A stretch of 64,000 nucleotides of DNA, from contig NC_043007.1 of NCBI RefSeq assembly GCF_006345805.1, positions 35,216,001 through 35,280,000 on the forward strand, in the 5' to 3' direction. The translations under genes were made by a program, and so were the position numbers. Shown piece by piece: positions 1 to 15,173 of the stretch. This stretch comes from Octopus sinensis. Its lineage: Eukaryota. Numbering within the stretch: the first letter of the stretch is position 1; each line of letters starts with the position of its first letter. The notes beneath the pieces are model-generated. The model saw only the letters and a list, made by a program, of their open reading frames with translations. It ran no database searches and was not told the origin of the DNA.

Positions 1-1399
1 TAATTTTTTTCTCCATCTTCCCCTCGCAGCTGTCTGTTATCTTAGTCTCCATTTTATATTTGCGAGCTAATCTCAAGACGGAAATTATTTTTCTTTCTAC
101 TTTTCTTCATGTTTTAATGCTATTTGTATTATTTTTCCTTTATTCATTTGCTAGCTATTTTTTCAAGTCCAACGCCAAATATTTCATAATAGTTTTATAC
201 ACCTCTCTGTATTCGTGATAAATATAATCTTTATGTCGGATTTTCTTTAGTGTTATCTAAATATAGTCATTGTTTTCCTTTCTTGCGTGTCTAGTCTTGC
301 TAATTCATTAGGTTCCAGTTACGAATCATATTACCACGACTTACTACAAGACTACCTAGATTATTGATGCCTATCACATTTTAGCATTTTGTATAAGCTG
401 TTTTAAGTAATCACCTAATATATTTACATTATATCTTCCTAAACATTTTCTTATAGGTGTTGTAATCTGTTTAGTTCGTGAATACTTAAGTATTTGTTTG
501 TATTTTGGATCTTATCTCTCTCATTCGTTATCTAATATATTTTTAAAAACAAATTTCCCCTCCTTTTAACGTTGCCTTGGCTCATTATTCTAAACGAAAT
601 TTCGAATCAAATTCTCTTCTGAATTATTACTCTTCCATGTAACAGACTTTTTAGTTGGTTGTCATTTATGGTGTACCATTTGAGGTCATCCATATTCAAA
701 ACAGTATAACTATAGTTTGGTTTCCCTCCAGACTCATTTTCTCATAGCTTTCTTTAAATATTTCGTTTTGGGATTTGGTTTGCCAGATTCTTTATGTGAG
801 TTCGTGTGTGGAAGCATATTCTGTTGTGTCTGGGGAAAGTCATTTTCTTTTTGTGCCTTATAATTTAACACACTCACCGGTAAAATTTCCACATATTTCT
901 TATCTTATTTTTATTTTCCTAAAATTTTCGTTGCGTCTTGCAACGTTTTCAATAGTCTTGACTCTTTAAATACGTAATTTTTAACGAAATATTGTTGATA
1001 TATGTTTCGAAAAGTGTATATTACGATTATGTTAATAACATTTCAGAGAAATATTTTGGGTGGACATTTTGGATTTAACCTTGACTTCCTTTATTCGTAA
1101 TATTCTGTAAATTGATAATTTTTCATGATCATTTGCAGAGACACAATTTCGAGAATGTTGATTGTGATTAAAAAAATAAAATTCTAGATAAAAAGAAAAA
1201 CAAGTTTTTGACGAAATTCCAGGTCACACCACTAAATTTGAATGAAATGTGATTATAAAAAAACACTTGTCAACTTTATCTTTTATTCTTTTACTCTCTC
1301 TTTAATTCTTTTAAGCGTTTCAGCTTTAAGCTGCGGCCATGCTAGAGCATCTCTACAGATTTCCTACAGAAATGTTCATAAATTCCATCCAAGTGTTAT

Positions 1400-1416
1400 T
1401 GTTATTATTATTATTA

Positions 1417-1492
<76 letters not shown>

Positions 1493-1640
1493 GTTATTAT
1501 TGTTATTATTATCATTATTATATTATTATTATTATTATTATATTATCATTAATTATTATTATTATTATTATTATATTATTATTATTATTATTATTATTAT
1601 TATCTTATCATTATTATTATTATTATTATATTTTATCCTA
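1400..1640. repeat. (TTA)n microsatellite
   Basis: Interrupted TTA run; source of the poly-L/Y/I ORFs 1242-1760 and 1339-1680. Confidence 0.95.
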
Positions 1641-2065
1641 CATTATTTGGATACAGCTCGATGCAACCCCAAAAGACTGACTCACCAGTCAGCATCATTA
1701 GACTGTGGCCAGCATAATGAAATAGGAGCTTTATTTGCATATTCAGAACGTTTCCCGTAAACAAATTTTGTGCGTGTGTGTGTGTGTGTGTGTGGTGTGT
1801 GTGTGTGTGTGTGAGTGTGTGTGAGTGTGTGTGTGCGTGCGTAAAGCGAAGAAGCAAAATAGGCTTTAATTGCAAAACACATTTGTTTCTGCACCGGACC
1901 CCAACTTTAAGTTGTTAAGTTTACATTTATATATCACTAGTGGGACCCGTGAATATTTTACGTAATTAAAGGTAAACCTATTGGGTCATTTCTGAAAACT
2001 TTATCCAAAGAAACCTGAAAGTGTAGCCTGCGTTATGTCTATATGGAAATATAATCGCTCATCTG

Positions 2066-2383
2066 TGGAGGCGCAATGGCCCTGTGGTTAGGGCAGCGGA
2101 CTCGCGGTCGTAGGATCGCGGTTTCGATTCCCAGACCTGGCGTTGTGAGTGTTTATTGAGCGAAAACACCTAAAGCTCCACGAGGCTCCGGCAGGGGTGG
2201 TGGTGTTCCCTGCTGTACTCTTTCACCACAACTTCTCTCACTCTTACTTCCTGTTTCTGTTGTACCTGTATTTCAAAGGGCCGGCCTTGTCACTCTCTGT
2301 GTCACGCTGAATATCCCCGAGAATTACGTTAAGGGTACACGTGTCTGTGGAGTGCTCTGCGTCGTAACCGACGGAGTGCTTCC
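2066..2383 (+). mobile_element. tRNA-headed SINE (group 3, Arg-like head), internally deleted, with 15-bp TSD
   Basis: A-box/B-box-like head (tggccctgtgg ... gtttcgattcc). TSD ataatcgctcatctg at 2051-2065 and 2384-2398. Lacks about 70 bp that is present in the copy at 59761. Confidence 0.9.
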
Positions 2384-2764
2384 ATAATCGCTCATCTGCT
2401 ATTCATTGAAAATCGAATGAAATTGGAATACAATGATTACTTAATGCCCTTTATATATTACACTTTATATACCTTATACACAATTGTGTAGACTTAATAC
2501 ACGGCGCTCGTAAAATAAAGATTCGCTCTTATATTTCCATTTCCCCCATAAATAAAAAAAAAATATCCCGTACACATGATACAACCCTTAGTTAAAAGGC
2601 ATATATCTGCCACGTAAATAAGCGGGAATATTTCACGGAGTTTCACTTATGCGCATGCGTTAAGTGATAGGTGATATAAAACAACTTCAATTTTAAAAAA
2701 TAATTTTTACTATCCATCTTCACCATCACCACCAACATCTTGTCTCTTTCTCCTCTTTCTCTCT

Positions 2765-2864
2765 NNNNNNNNNNNNNNNNNNNNNNNNNNNNNNNNNNNN
2801 NNNNNNNNNNNNNNNNNNNNNNNNNNNNNNNNNNNNNNNNNNNNNNNNNNNNNNNNNNNNNNNN
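2765..2864. other. Assembly gap (100 N)
   Basis: Run of n. Confidence 1.
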
Positions 2865-3273
2865 TCGTCGAACAATTTGACCTCAGGATTTATTCTTAAG
2901 CCTAATACTGTACTGCACTTATTCTATCGTTCCCTTTACCGAACCGCTAAGTAACGTAGACGTAAACACGCCAACACCGGTTGTCAAGCAGTGATGAGGG
3001 AACAGAGACAAACACACACAAATATACACACATACGTACACACACACATACACACACGCACACGTACACACACACACACACTCACACACATATATATATG
3101 TATGTATATATATACGACGGCTTCTTTCAGTTTCCGTCTACCAAAGTCACTCACTTGCTTTGGTCGGCCCGAGACTATAGTAGAAGACACTTGTCCAAAG
3201 TGCCACGCAGTGGGATTGAACCCGGAATCATGTTGGGAAGCAAGCTTCTTACAACACAGCTACGCCTGCGCCT
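2865..3273 (-). mobile_element. Microsatellite-containing tRNA SINE (group 1)
   Basis: Matches the group 1 copies at 7371 and 27004; central (CA)/(TA) tract; 3' end runs into the gap. Confidence 0.85.
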
Positions 3274-3540
3274 ACAGTGCCACTCCTGCGCCTGAAACTA
3301 CACAGCCACGCCTGTGCCTACACAGCTATGCCTGTGTCTACACAACCACGCCTATGCCTATACAGCCACGCCTGCGCCTATACAGCCACGCCTGCGCCTA
3401 CACAGTCACGCCTGTGCCTACACAGCTATGACTGCGCCGACACAGCTACGTCTGCGCCTACACAGCCACGCCTGCGCCCACACAGCCACGCCTGCGCCTA
3501 CACAGCCACGCCTGCTGCCTACACAGCCACGCCTGTGTCT
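3254..3540. repeat. 20-bp tandem repeat (~14 copies) derived from the SINE 5' end
   Basis: Unit acacagccacgcctgcgcct is the reverse complement of the first ~20 nt of the group 1 SINE head. Confidence 0.9.
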
Positions 3541-3626
3541 ATAATTCTTTTTGTTGCTAGATCCTACATATTCACTCTAGTTGCATTTGTATACCTAAAA
3601 TATATGGTAATAATATGTGGAAGAGT

Positions 3627-3900
3627 GTGGTATAGTGGTTAGGATATTGTACTCATGATCGTGAGACCATGGTTTCGATTCCCGGACCACTCGGTTGTGT
3701 TGGGGTCTTGAGTAAAACATTTCATCTAATGCTGCTCTGCGATCACAACGACGCCTGGCGTGTGGCACGCCGTGCATCTACACATCTAACTTTGATTTGA
3801 TAAAGAGAATGAACTAATGTGCAACACAAATATTTGATCACGGTAAACGAATTATCTGTGCTGGTTGTTCAGTAAAGAGATTGCAGAAATTTCAGCTGTC
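3627..3900 (+). mobile_element. Degenerate CORE-type tRNA SINE
   Basis: tggtatagtggttagg ... gtttcgattcccggacc ... gtcttgagtaaaacatttcat resembles the copies at 33663 and 57303. Confidence 0.6.
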
Positions 3901-4268
3901 GTATACGACAGGCAAATCCACGATATGGTGGTCAGAGTAGAGAGCAACAACCAAGGCGACAGAGAACAAATGTTTTCCAGGATCCATGCCCTGTTTGCAT
4001 GTTTTTGCCATTTTCGTAACGTGAGCATAGAATAATTCTTCGTTAACATTGCAATTCCCAGATCCCACAATGTTCATGAGTCTGGTTTTTCAGGTTCTTC
4101 CGGCTGTGTGCATATCTTTTATAATAGTAAAATTCAAATTCTATTTCCCTCCTGGACCGCTTCATGGTCTTGAGACACGCATCCTTTACGCACCAATCCT
4201 ACTCCTCCCCGTACAAGGAGACGGCTTATTGCAGGCTGTACGTTCATTGGCCGGAAGCTACCATGTAT

Positions 4269-4496
4269 TTTTTCGAATGGATCCTTCTACCGCTAAGTTA
4301 CGGGGATGTAAACACACCAGCATCGGTTGTCAAGCGATGTTGGTGGGGACAAACACAGACACAAAAACATATACACACACATACATACATACATACATAC
4401 ATACAAACATACATACATACATATATACATATATACGACGGGCTAAACAAAGTCACACACACATAAATACACACACACACACACACATATATATAT

Positions 4497-4527
<31 letters not shown>

Positions 4528-4858
4528 ACATATAGATACATCATTATATATATATATATATATAATATATCTATACATATACAACTATACATACATATCC
4601 TACATATATATATATATATCGAATATATATATATATATATATCTAATATAATATATATATATATTAATATATATATATACTCATACAGTAAGTCTATTTT
4701 CCCCTTACCACTTTCCCCCCCACAACCACTCACAAGGCTTTGGTCGGCCCGAGGCTATAGTAGAAGACACTTGCCCATGGTGCAACGCAGTGGGACTGAA
4801 TCCGGAACTATGCGGTTCGTAAGCAAGCTACTTACCACACAGCCATTCCTACGCCTAT
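4269..4858 (-). mobile_element. Group 1 SINE with expanded internal microsatellite
   Basis: Head at ~4740-4858, body at 4269-4360, ~350 bp TA/CA/TACA tract between them. Confidence 0.85.
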
Positions 4859-5579
4859 ACAGATTTTTTTTCTTTACTGAAGTGTGTATACATCTTTCTG
4901 GCGGACTCTTTGCCTAGAATGTATGACAGCACTTTCTCGAAGCCTGAAACTCTCAAAACAGAGGAATTTTTATATTCCTTGTAGCATGAATACGTTGCAT
5001 TGTTGAGGACAGACAAGACTAAAAAAAAATACATACGTTAATACAGACGAAAAGAATCACACACACACGTGCGTGCATACACACATGCATATACACACAC
5101 ACACGACAAACACAAACATCACACACACATACACACATGTACAAACACAAAGACACGCACCTAGTTCTTTTAACCTGGTCAAAAGATCATTTTAATGCAG
5201 TTGTTTAGCTTTGAATATATGCAACCTTGTCCCACAAAACGACGGTTTAGAAATCTGGGTCAGCTACAGCCAGTCAGGATTTGTTGCATAAATGGTGCAA
5301 TACCTGCAACACCGGATGAGAAGTTTCATGTTGCATTTGTTTAGTGCCTCGTTTGTACAAGATTATCACACGCTAAAAGATTTGATTTTATTCTACCGTA
5401 TTACGATTTGTAAAAAATGTTAAGAAACATTTATAGAAGCAACGTTAATCTCTATATATAAAGCTCAACTTGTGTGTCTCTGTGTGTATCTGTGTGTGTG
5501 TGTCTGTGTGTTTAACCTCCCGGCACATTCTTGTGAAGTTGAACATCTTATCTGGCCATCACAGTCCCCAGATCTCAAT

Positions 5580-5990
5580 ATTATATGAAAGGCAAAGTCG
5601 ACCAGAGAGGGACAAACAAGGACAGACAAACGGATTAAGTCGATTATATCGACCCCAGTGCGTAACTGGTACTTATTTAATCGACCCCGAAAGGATGAAA
5701 GGCAAAGTCGACCTCGGCAGAATTTGAACTCAGAACGTAGCGGCAGACGAAATACCTGTTTCTTTACTACCCACAAGGGGCTAAGCACAGAGGGGACAAA
5801 CAAGGACAGACAAACGGATTCAGTCGATTATATCGACCATAGTGCGCAACTGGCACTTAATTTATCGACCCCGAAAGGATGAAGGGCAAAGTCGACCTCG
5901 GCGGAATTTGAACTCAGAACGTAACCGGCAGACGAAATACCGCTAGGCATTTCGCCCGGCGTGCTAACGTTTCTGCCAGCTCGCTGCCTT
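5580..5990 (-). mobile_element. Group 2 SINE, head-to-tail dimer
   Basis: Head aaggcagcgagctggcagaaacgttagc on the minus strand; two copies of the gtcgactttgcctttcatcctttcggggtcga core. Confidence 0.9.
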
Positions 5991-6243
5991 AGACTCACAT
6001 TTATATTAATTAAACTTATTTTACCATTAATTGATTTCTTCATGGCATATATATTTTTCCTTCAAAACTAAAATTTATTTTTGATTTAAGATTTTCTTCG
6101 ATTTTACACAATAAGATATTTAAGCCTTTTAATTTTTAATATTATTATTTCATCACTGTTCCTTAAAAAATCGTTAGTTGAAATGACCAAGGGAATGAAA
6201 CCAAATTCAAATGTGTATCTATCAATGTAAATCGTATAATATA

Positions 6244-6758
6244 TCTATATATATAAAACTGTAGTTGTGTGAGTGTCTGTCCCCTTCGATTTAGATTCCT
6301 AACTACTCCCACATTTTGCGGTGCAGTTTAACCAAATTCGGGTATCTTATAGTCGTGATTCATATTGAGCCCGTCTGAGTATTAGCGAGCGTCTACGATG
6401 AGTCTACGATTTTAAAAATAATTTAAGATCATTTTTTATTCCATTTTAATGCATAATTTTTCGTGTGTCGATGGCGGCGGAGTTGGCGTCCATGGTCACA
6501 CCTGCACCTGTTTACTTCTTCCCCTTCTTCCTTCCCTCGTGAAGCTGTGGGGAAGGGAGTGTAAGGAAATCAACGTCGTAAAGCGTTGTCAAGGAGACCA
6601 GCGTTCTTTCAGAACAACGACTTCATGGCTTGAAGACACCAAAACAGAAATGGCTAATAAGAAAGCCCGAATGGCATCTATAAGGGAAGTAACTACTCTA
6701 AAAATGCTTATATAGTTATTTCCTTACAAACCCGAGCAACGCCGGGCGATACTGCTAG
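6244..6758 (+). mobile_element. Non-autonomous Helitron, copy 1
   Basis: 5' TC after A; 3' hairpin cccgagcaacgccggg followed by CTAG at 6755-6758. These are canonical Helitron termini. Confidence 0.85.
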
Positions 6759-7065
6759 TCTTGATATATAAAAGTGAAGTTGTGTGTCTGTCTCCTACGA
6801 TTTAGATTCCTAACTACCCACATTTTGCGGTGCAGTTTTTAACCAAAAAGCGGGTATCTTATAGTCGTGATTCATATCGAGCCCTTCTGGGTATTAGCGT
6901 GCGTCTACGAGGAGTCTACGATTTTAAAAAAATTTACCATAATTTTCCCATTTTTGATGCATTTTTTTTGCTATTATATAAGGGAAGTAACTCTCTAAAA
7001 ATGCTTATATAGTTATTTCCCTTACAAACCCGAGCCCAAACGCGGGGCGATACGATCCTGCCTAG
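6759..7065 (+). mobile_element. Non-autonomous Helitron, copy 2 (tandem)
   Basis: Starts with TC directly after the CTAG of copy 1, shares its 5' and 3' sequence, and ends in a hairpin plus CTAG (7062-7065) followed by T. Confidence 0.8.
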
Positions 7066-7212
7066 TTTATACATAGACCTTAATTCTTGTCCCATTCTCC
7101 AATCACAGCTGTCCGACTACGACGAAACAGGACACATGAAACGCTGAGTAGCCAATTTTTTTGATTCATCTTGTGATTTTACTTTTCCAGATTCAATAAG
7201 AAAGTATGTATA

Positions 7213-7255
<43 letters not shown>

Positions 7256-7259
7256 AAAG

Positions 7260-7291
<32 letters not shown>

Positions 7292-7331
7292 ATATATATA
7301 TTATATTATATATATATATTATATATATATA

Positions 7332-7370
<39 letters not shown>

Positions 7371-7372
<2 letters not shown>

Positions 7373-7770
7373 GAGGTGGCTGTGTGGTAAGTAACATGCT
7401 TACCAACTACATGGTCCCGGGTTCAGTCCCACTGTGTGGCACTTTAGGTAAGTGTCTTCTACTATAGCCTCGGGCCGACCAAAGCCTTGTGAGTGGAATT
7501 GATAGACGGAAATTGGAAGAAGCCCGTCGTATATATGTATATGTGTGTGTGCGTGTATGTTTGTGTATCTGTGTTTGTCCCCTAACATCGCTTGGCAACC
7601 GATGCTGGTGTGTTTACGTCCCCATAACTTAACGGTTCGGCAAAAGACACCGATAGAATAAGTACTAGGCTTATAAAGAATAAGTCCTGGGGTCTATTTG
7701 CTCGAGTAAAAGGCGGTGCTCCAGCATGGTCGTAGTCAAACTGACTGAAACAAGTAAAAGAGTAAAAAAG
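7371..7770 (+). mobile_element. Group 1 SINE, near full length
   Basis: Head caggaggtggctgtgtggtaag ... gggttcagtcccac; short internal microsatellite; tail gtaaaagagtaaaaaag. Confidence 0.92.
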
Positions 7771-8540
7771 AGTATACATACACACCCACACATACACACA
7801 CACACACACCACCACCACCACCACCACCACATGTACGTGAGTACACTTCCTATTACATGAGTTGTAATGATACAACCCACAATGATTAATTAAACGGCCG
7901 CTTTCCGATTATTTTAGCTTCCCAGTTGCCGTTTAAAACCTGCAGCCTTGGCGAGAATTACAATATATTATTTCATAGAAAAGTGACTTCTCCACTTTAC
8001 CACTTTTGTGAAGTAATTTGTATATTTGAGCTGGTTTCATACTGTACCTGGGGTAAAATGGATTATATTTAACACTTGTCACAGGAATTGACTTACCCCG
8101 CATATAAATTGCAACAGTTATATATACAAATTAATTTACGTGCGTGTAAATTCAATCAGATTTTGGCATCCAAATATATTATATTCTCGATTGAACAATG
8201 TAATTAAACGAAGAGTGACAAGCTATTAATAATCGAAGTTCTGAAATTTCTGTTCCGTAAGCTACATCCGTTAACATCTGGACTACTTACTTCAAGATTC
8301 ATTCAACCGCAACCCTATATTTTAATCTGATACCATATTTGCTGGCGTATTAGATGTTCCCCCGCATAAGATGCACCTCAGTTTTACAAAGAAATTTTTG
8401 CGGGGGAAAAAGTGTCTACATCGGTGAATAATGTGATATGAATAAAGCAGTGAATAATGTGATATGAATAAAGCATAAAACACTTCATTTATCATTAATA
8501 AACTAAGTTTTGACAATATCGTATCTTAACTGTAAATTTC

Positions 8541-8754
8541 TCTCTTTTACTTGTTTCAGTCGTTTGACTGCGGCCATGCTTGAGCACCGTCTTTAGTCGA
8601 GCAGATCGACCCCAGGACTTATTCTTTGTAAGCCTAGTACTTATTCTATCGGTCTTTTTTGCCGATCCGCTAAGTTACGGGGATGTAAACACACCAGCAT
8701 CGGTTGTCAAGCGATGTTGGGGGGACAAACACAGACACACAAACATATACACAC

Positions 8755-8820
<66 letters not shown>
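8541..8820 (-). mobile_element. Group 1 SINE, 3' half
   Basis: Tail and body up to the (TA)n tract; head absent. Confidence 0.85.
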
Positions 8821-8823
<3 letters not shown>

Positions 8824-9140
8824 ATCTCTTTTCGGTTTCAACCGCAGTTTTTAACATAATTTCTAGGTAACTAAAAAATTTTAAACTTCGTATACTGGTA
8901 GAATGTGTTTATAAAACATCTTTTTCTCTTGGCTTGAAAAAGTTCTATGGTTTGTAAGATATTTGTTGTTGTTTTTTCTTCAATTTCTGCAATTACAACC
9001 AATCAAATACGTCTATTGAGGTAAAAAAAAACATTCTGTGCCGTATGAATATGTCCCTCGTTTAAGAAACAGATTGGGTTTATTTACATTTCTGAAGAAA
9101 AAAAGATACCCTTTCCCACACCCTAACCCTAACCCTAAAA
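8821..9140. repeat. Unclassified interspersed repeat (related copies at ~19091-19320 and ~33038-33255)
   Basis: All three start with ggatct and share aaacttcg..tagaatgtg..taaaacatcttt..aaccaatca. This copy ends in (CCCTAA)3. Confidence 0.65.
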
Positions 9141-9737
9141 CAGTGGTTACCGATGATGTTGACTTTTTCTTCTTTTCGGATTATGGCTGCTGTTGCTTAG
9201 TGAGTGGAATTGACTCAGTGCACAGCCTTTCCTCACTTTAAAAAAATCTTCTTGCACAGGCATTGCATAACAACATTGATTAAGCTTCGTGCAATGGCCA
9301 TACTCGATAACGAGGGGGCAGCCACCATGTATGTATGTATTATGTATGTGTGTATGTATATATGTGTGTACATGTATGATATTTGATATGCCTGTATTTG
9401 TCCATGTTACTCAAATACATGCCCCTAGCCACAAGCTAAATTATCATAACTTTCACAAAATTGATCTAACAGAAATAACTGTGAAAGTTATGATAATTTA
9501 GCTTGTTTTCAATGTTTTATTGTTAGTAACAATTACCGTGCCAATGTACATCTAATTCCCAAGCCAACGACACTCGGTCTCTCATCTATAATACAGTTGC
9601 ATCAGACGCAGGGTAATATTCCGATACATTTAAAAAATGTAAAAAAGCGAAAGAAAAGAGAGAAAGCGCGTTTTATTCCCCGGCTAATACCGTGTCTTTC
9701 GAAGTCGTGAATATTCTCAACTAGTGTATTGCGATAC

Positions 9738-9971
9738 CTATTTCTTTACTACCCACAAGGGGCTAAACACAGAAGGGACAAATAAGGACAGACAAATGGA
9801 TTAAGTCGATTATATCAACCACAGTGCGTAACTGGTACTTTATTTATCGACCCCGAAAGGATGAAAGGCAAAGTCGACCTCGGCGGAATTTGAACCCAGA
9901 ACGTAGCGGCAGACGAAATACGGCTACGCATTTCGCCCGGCGTGCTAACGTTTCTGCCAGCTCGCTGCCTT
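9738..9971 (-). mobile_element. Group 2 SINE monomer
   Basis: Complete head, core and aaagaaataggtat tail on the minus strand. Confidence 0.92.
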
Positions 9972-11004
9972 CCGCATGGTTTTCCTAGGCCGTGTCTTGT
10001 TTATTATAGTTGTTTACTTACTCTTTTTTTTTACTCTTTTACTTGTTTCAGTCATTTGACTGCGGCCATGCTGGAGCACCTAAACTCTCGTTCATTAGCT
10101 GGTTCAGTGGTTGTATATATGTCAGTCTTACCTAAATTTGTTAAAGTTGTCAATAAACAAACTCGCGAACAGAATGACAAATAATTTGGTTAATATGAAA
10201 TGATATATAGGGAAACGACTTCGGGAAAAGAAATATTAAACAGCAGACATATAAACGACAATGTAACTAACGAAAAAAACCAATCAAACAACGAATTTGC
10301 AAATGAAATGATGACAACCATAAACAATGCGTTGATAAAAGAATATTTATATTCTCCAGGCAGTGAAAAACGATAACCATAAAGACTCAAAGCAGTCCAA
10401 TCGATATAATGCCGAAATGAAAGATGAAAGTAAAAGCTATTTCCAGAAAGCCGCATGGCGTGGAAGTCTAATCGTGGGAAATAAGTGAGAACAAGTAAAC
10501 AACACGCACACATATAAGTGTGTGTATGTATGTATGTATGTATGTATGTATGTATGTATGTATGAATGTCTCTTCGGTTTTTAATCATTTAAATTTTTCC
10601 TCTGAAGAGGGAGACGGTTTCTACCAAATATACTAAGCACCATCTTTGGAATGTCGATGAAGAAAACAATCTAAAAATTTTTAATCTGAGAAAAGTCTTG
10701 CATAACTTTACTGTTCCGTTTACAGATGGTATTTCTTCTTATTTTATGTCCATTGTCTAAAATTCTTTCGTCGCACACATGTGACCTCTTTAGAGACTTT
10801 CCATCCCGCGTGTCTGTACAGTTCAGAAGAACCAATACATACGAGTGCGTGAGTTTATTTGGCCAGAAAAACAAATGACTATTCCGAAATATAACAATAT
10901 ATATATATATAATATATATATATGTATGTATTTCAAAATGTAACCACATGTGAATCGTTGGCGATTTTTTCGCTCCGTCTTCCTTTTTTATTGAACTTTC
11001 CTCT

Positions 11005-11039
11005 ATTTCTAAAGAAGAGCTTTGCTCGAAACGTTAAAC
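11005..11039 (+). ncRNA. Decayed type I hammerhead-like motif in a solo pseudo-LTR-like repeat (family A)
   Basis: attt CTAAAGA a GAGC ttt GCTC GAAA cgt t aaac. Homologous to 30876 but with a G5A change. Confidence 0.45.
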
Positions 11040-11104
11040 CATCTTGGTTAGGAGTTCATTTCCATTGCGTTGTACCTTGGGGAAGTGTTTTCTACATAGC
11101 CTTA

Positions 11105-11850
<746 letters not shown>

Positions 11851-12017
11851 ATATAAGAAGAGAATATAAAAAGCAAAGCAGAACATTGGAAATTTTTGGG
11901 TGGGTATTATTGAGTCACCATTACTCACGTTTCATTGCCTAATATGAATTACGGATGTTTACATGTTAGACTACAAGAAATTCTTCACACAGAGAATTAG
12001 ATTATATCTTTTTAACA

Positions 12018-12862
<845 letters not shown>

Positions 12863-14585
12863 AAGAGAGAGTTAAGATACAGTATTGTCAAAACTTAGTT
12901 TATTAATGATAAATGAAATGTTTTATGCTTTATTCATAATGGTGGTGGGTGGTTTATCGTTGCTGTTGCTATTTCTGATATATGGTATCAGCAAAGTTCT
13001 AAATTCAATATCATGCCGAGAAAATATACTATTTTCAGGTCAGTGTTGACTATAACTTAAATTCCAATCATTAGATATGTTAATGCGCTATCTATTTTTC
13101 ATTCATTTATGTCACGTACTATCAGAACAAAAAAAGAAAATAGATCACATTGTAAAAATTCAAATGTTGTGTACATCATCTATAATAAATAAAGGCTGAT
13201 TAAATCACTAGATCACATATCTCAACAGAATATCTTGATCCCATACTGACATCAAAAGAATTAGTGAATATACGTTATCACATAGGCATAATTATTTTAA
13301 TATCGCATAACTAATAGGAATATCATTCGGGTTAGGGTAAAAATTTATAGAGCAAAACTTCAGTAAGTTAAGATTAATATTCTATGACGGTATATTGGGT
13401 AGAAATATATTGTTGTTTAGAACTGATGATATTGAACTGCTTTATAAATTTAATACTGGAGTTCCGTGATGATAAACTATAAACAAATTTTATTTTTATT
13501 CTTATTATTATAGTTTTAGCTGCTATGACAGCAAGCGGATAGTATCACGTGTATGTTGGATAAATGCTTTGAAGTATTTCTTCCGGCACTTTACATTCTG
13601 TGTTAAAATCCCGTCAACCTAGCTTGTCATTCTTTCGAAAGCGATAGAATTTGGGACCAGTGAAGTGCCGGGGCCGGTATAATCGCCTATCCCCTTTCCC
13701 TCTAAATTGTTTCGGTCTTCTGCCTAAATCAGAAAAGCTTATTCCTTTACCTAATAAAGCGGCGGGCTGATAGAAATGTTAGATGGTTTGAAAAACAAGA
13801 TTCACAGTATTCCTTCCGGCTCTTTACATTCTAAGTTCAAATCCCGTCGAGATCAACTTTGCTTTCTTTCCTCCGGGAAGTAATGTACCAGTCTAATACT
13901 CCTCTCACTACTTCAAAGTTGCTGCTATTGTGCTTAAACCTATTCTTTTGTTTGTACTTTATAATATTTATCTCATTTGGCTTCTGTTTGGATTGATAAC
14001 TCTTGTAGATGATTTAACCCGAAAATTAACTTGTGATCATTAAATGTAATGTATGGTTTCTGTTGTACTAAAACTTCAACTCTTTCATCTTCAAGCTTGA
14101 TGCAATTTCGTTAGGTTTAAAGTTAATGAGTTCTATGTTATTGTATTATTTTCCTCATCTCTTGTGAAACTATTAGATAGAAATTTGGGGAATGAATAAA
14201 GTGATTTGTTTCATAAAGATTTTTGCTTTTGTTTTGCTGCACGAGTTGGTTCTCAATGTTTTTGAAACTTTATAATACATTTTTAAAGATTCGTTTTGTT
14301 TTTTTTTTTCAAATTGCGTGTTTTAAAATGTTCACTTTCATCTAAACTAAGTGAGGTTGTTTTAAGTGGCAGTAGAAATTTAGTAATTTCTTTGAATTTT
14401 AAATTTTGAACTCGAATAATTCCTTGGAGTGTAATCCAGTTAGATCTTTCTCAAAAATCAGGCTTTCCAACGAGCTCAGATTTACGAAACAGTTTTGTTT
14501 ATGTACTATTTTGTATAAGATATTTGTGAAGGTATACAGACATGCATGTACATGCACACACACACAACATACACATTACATACAT

Positions 14586-14641
<56 letters not shown>

Positions 14642-14743
14642 ATAGTGATATAAAACGGTAAGATAACAAAAGAAAGAAAGAGACCTCAATATTATGTAAA
14701 TAGAGGAAATTTATATACAATATGTTACATTACTCGGTAGTCA

Positions 14744-14806
14744 AGATAAAACTCTGAGTTTCAGATGCCGAAGTGGAAATCCACAACACCATCTCTTCGG
14801 TTATCT
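14744..14806 (-). ncRNA. Type I hammerhead-like motif in the left pLTR
   Basis: AGATAA-CCGAAGA-GATG..GTGGAttTCCAC..CATC-t-GAA-ACTCaGAGT-T-TTATCT; stems I, II and III pair. Confidence 0.6.
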
Positions 14807-15173
14807 GGCTATTTGAAAACGTTATGAAAAAATACCGTTAAAAATGAAGGGAAATTACTCTGTTATAACTCTGCTTTGCCTGCGTACTTATACATCGCTC
14901 GCATTTTTCGTCATAAAAATTATATAAAAATACATAAAAATATAAAAAACATAAAAATATATAAAAATATATAAAAATATCTAAAATCTTTTGGGACATA
15001 ACACAGAAAGCATGTTCTATCCGTTTTCTTTAGGGGACCAAAAACGTAACAGAAATTTAGTCACATGTGGGCATGATCCGAAAAGCTCTGTCCTTGTATT
15101 TAGACATGTGGTAGGGTCTAAGCTGCTTTTCCAGATAAGCCATCTCTCCATGTCGCATAAACCGCACCTTCCG

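Noticed and set aside
2066-2140. tRNA genes at SINE heads (also 28077, 57560, 59761, 60146)
   Set aside because: A and B boxes are present but each continues into a SINE body, without a clean acceptor stem.
2765-2864. Structure spanning the N gap
   Set aside because: True gap length and adjacency are unknown.
3895-4265. Possible gag-like or exon fragment (RQANPRYGG...PCPVC)
   Set aside because: No complete Zn-knuckle or recognisable domain; stops in all plausible frames.
8424-8475. 25-bp direct tandem duplication
   Set aside because: Two copies only; ordinary local slippage.
9121-9138. Telomere or interstitial telomeric site
   Set aside because: Only three CCCTAA units, at the end of an interspersed repeat.
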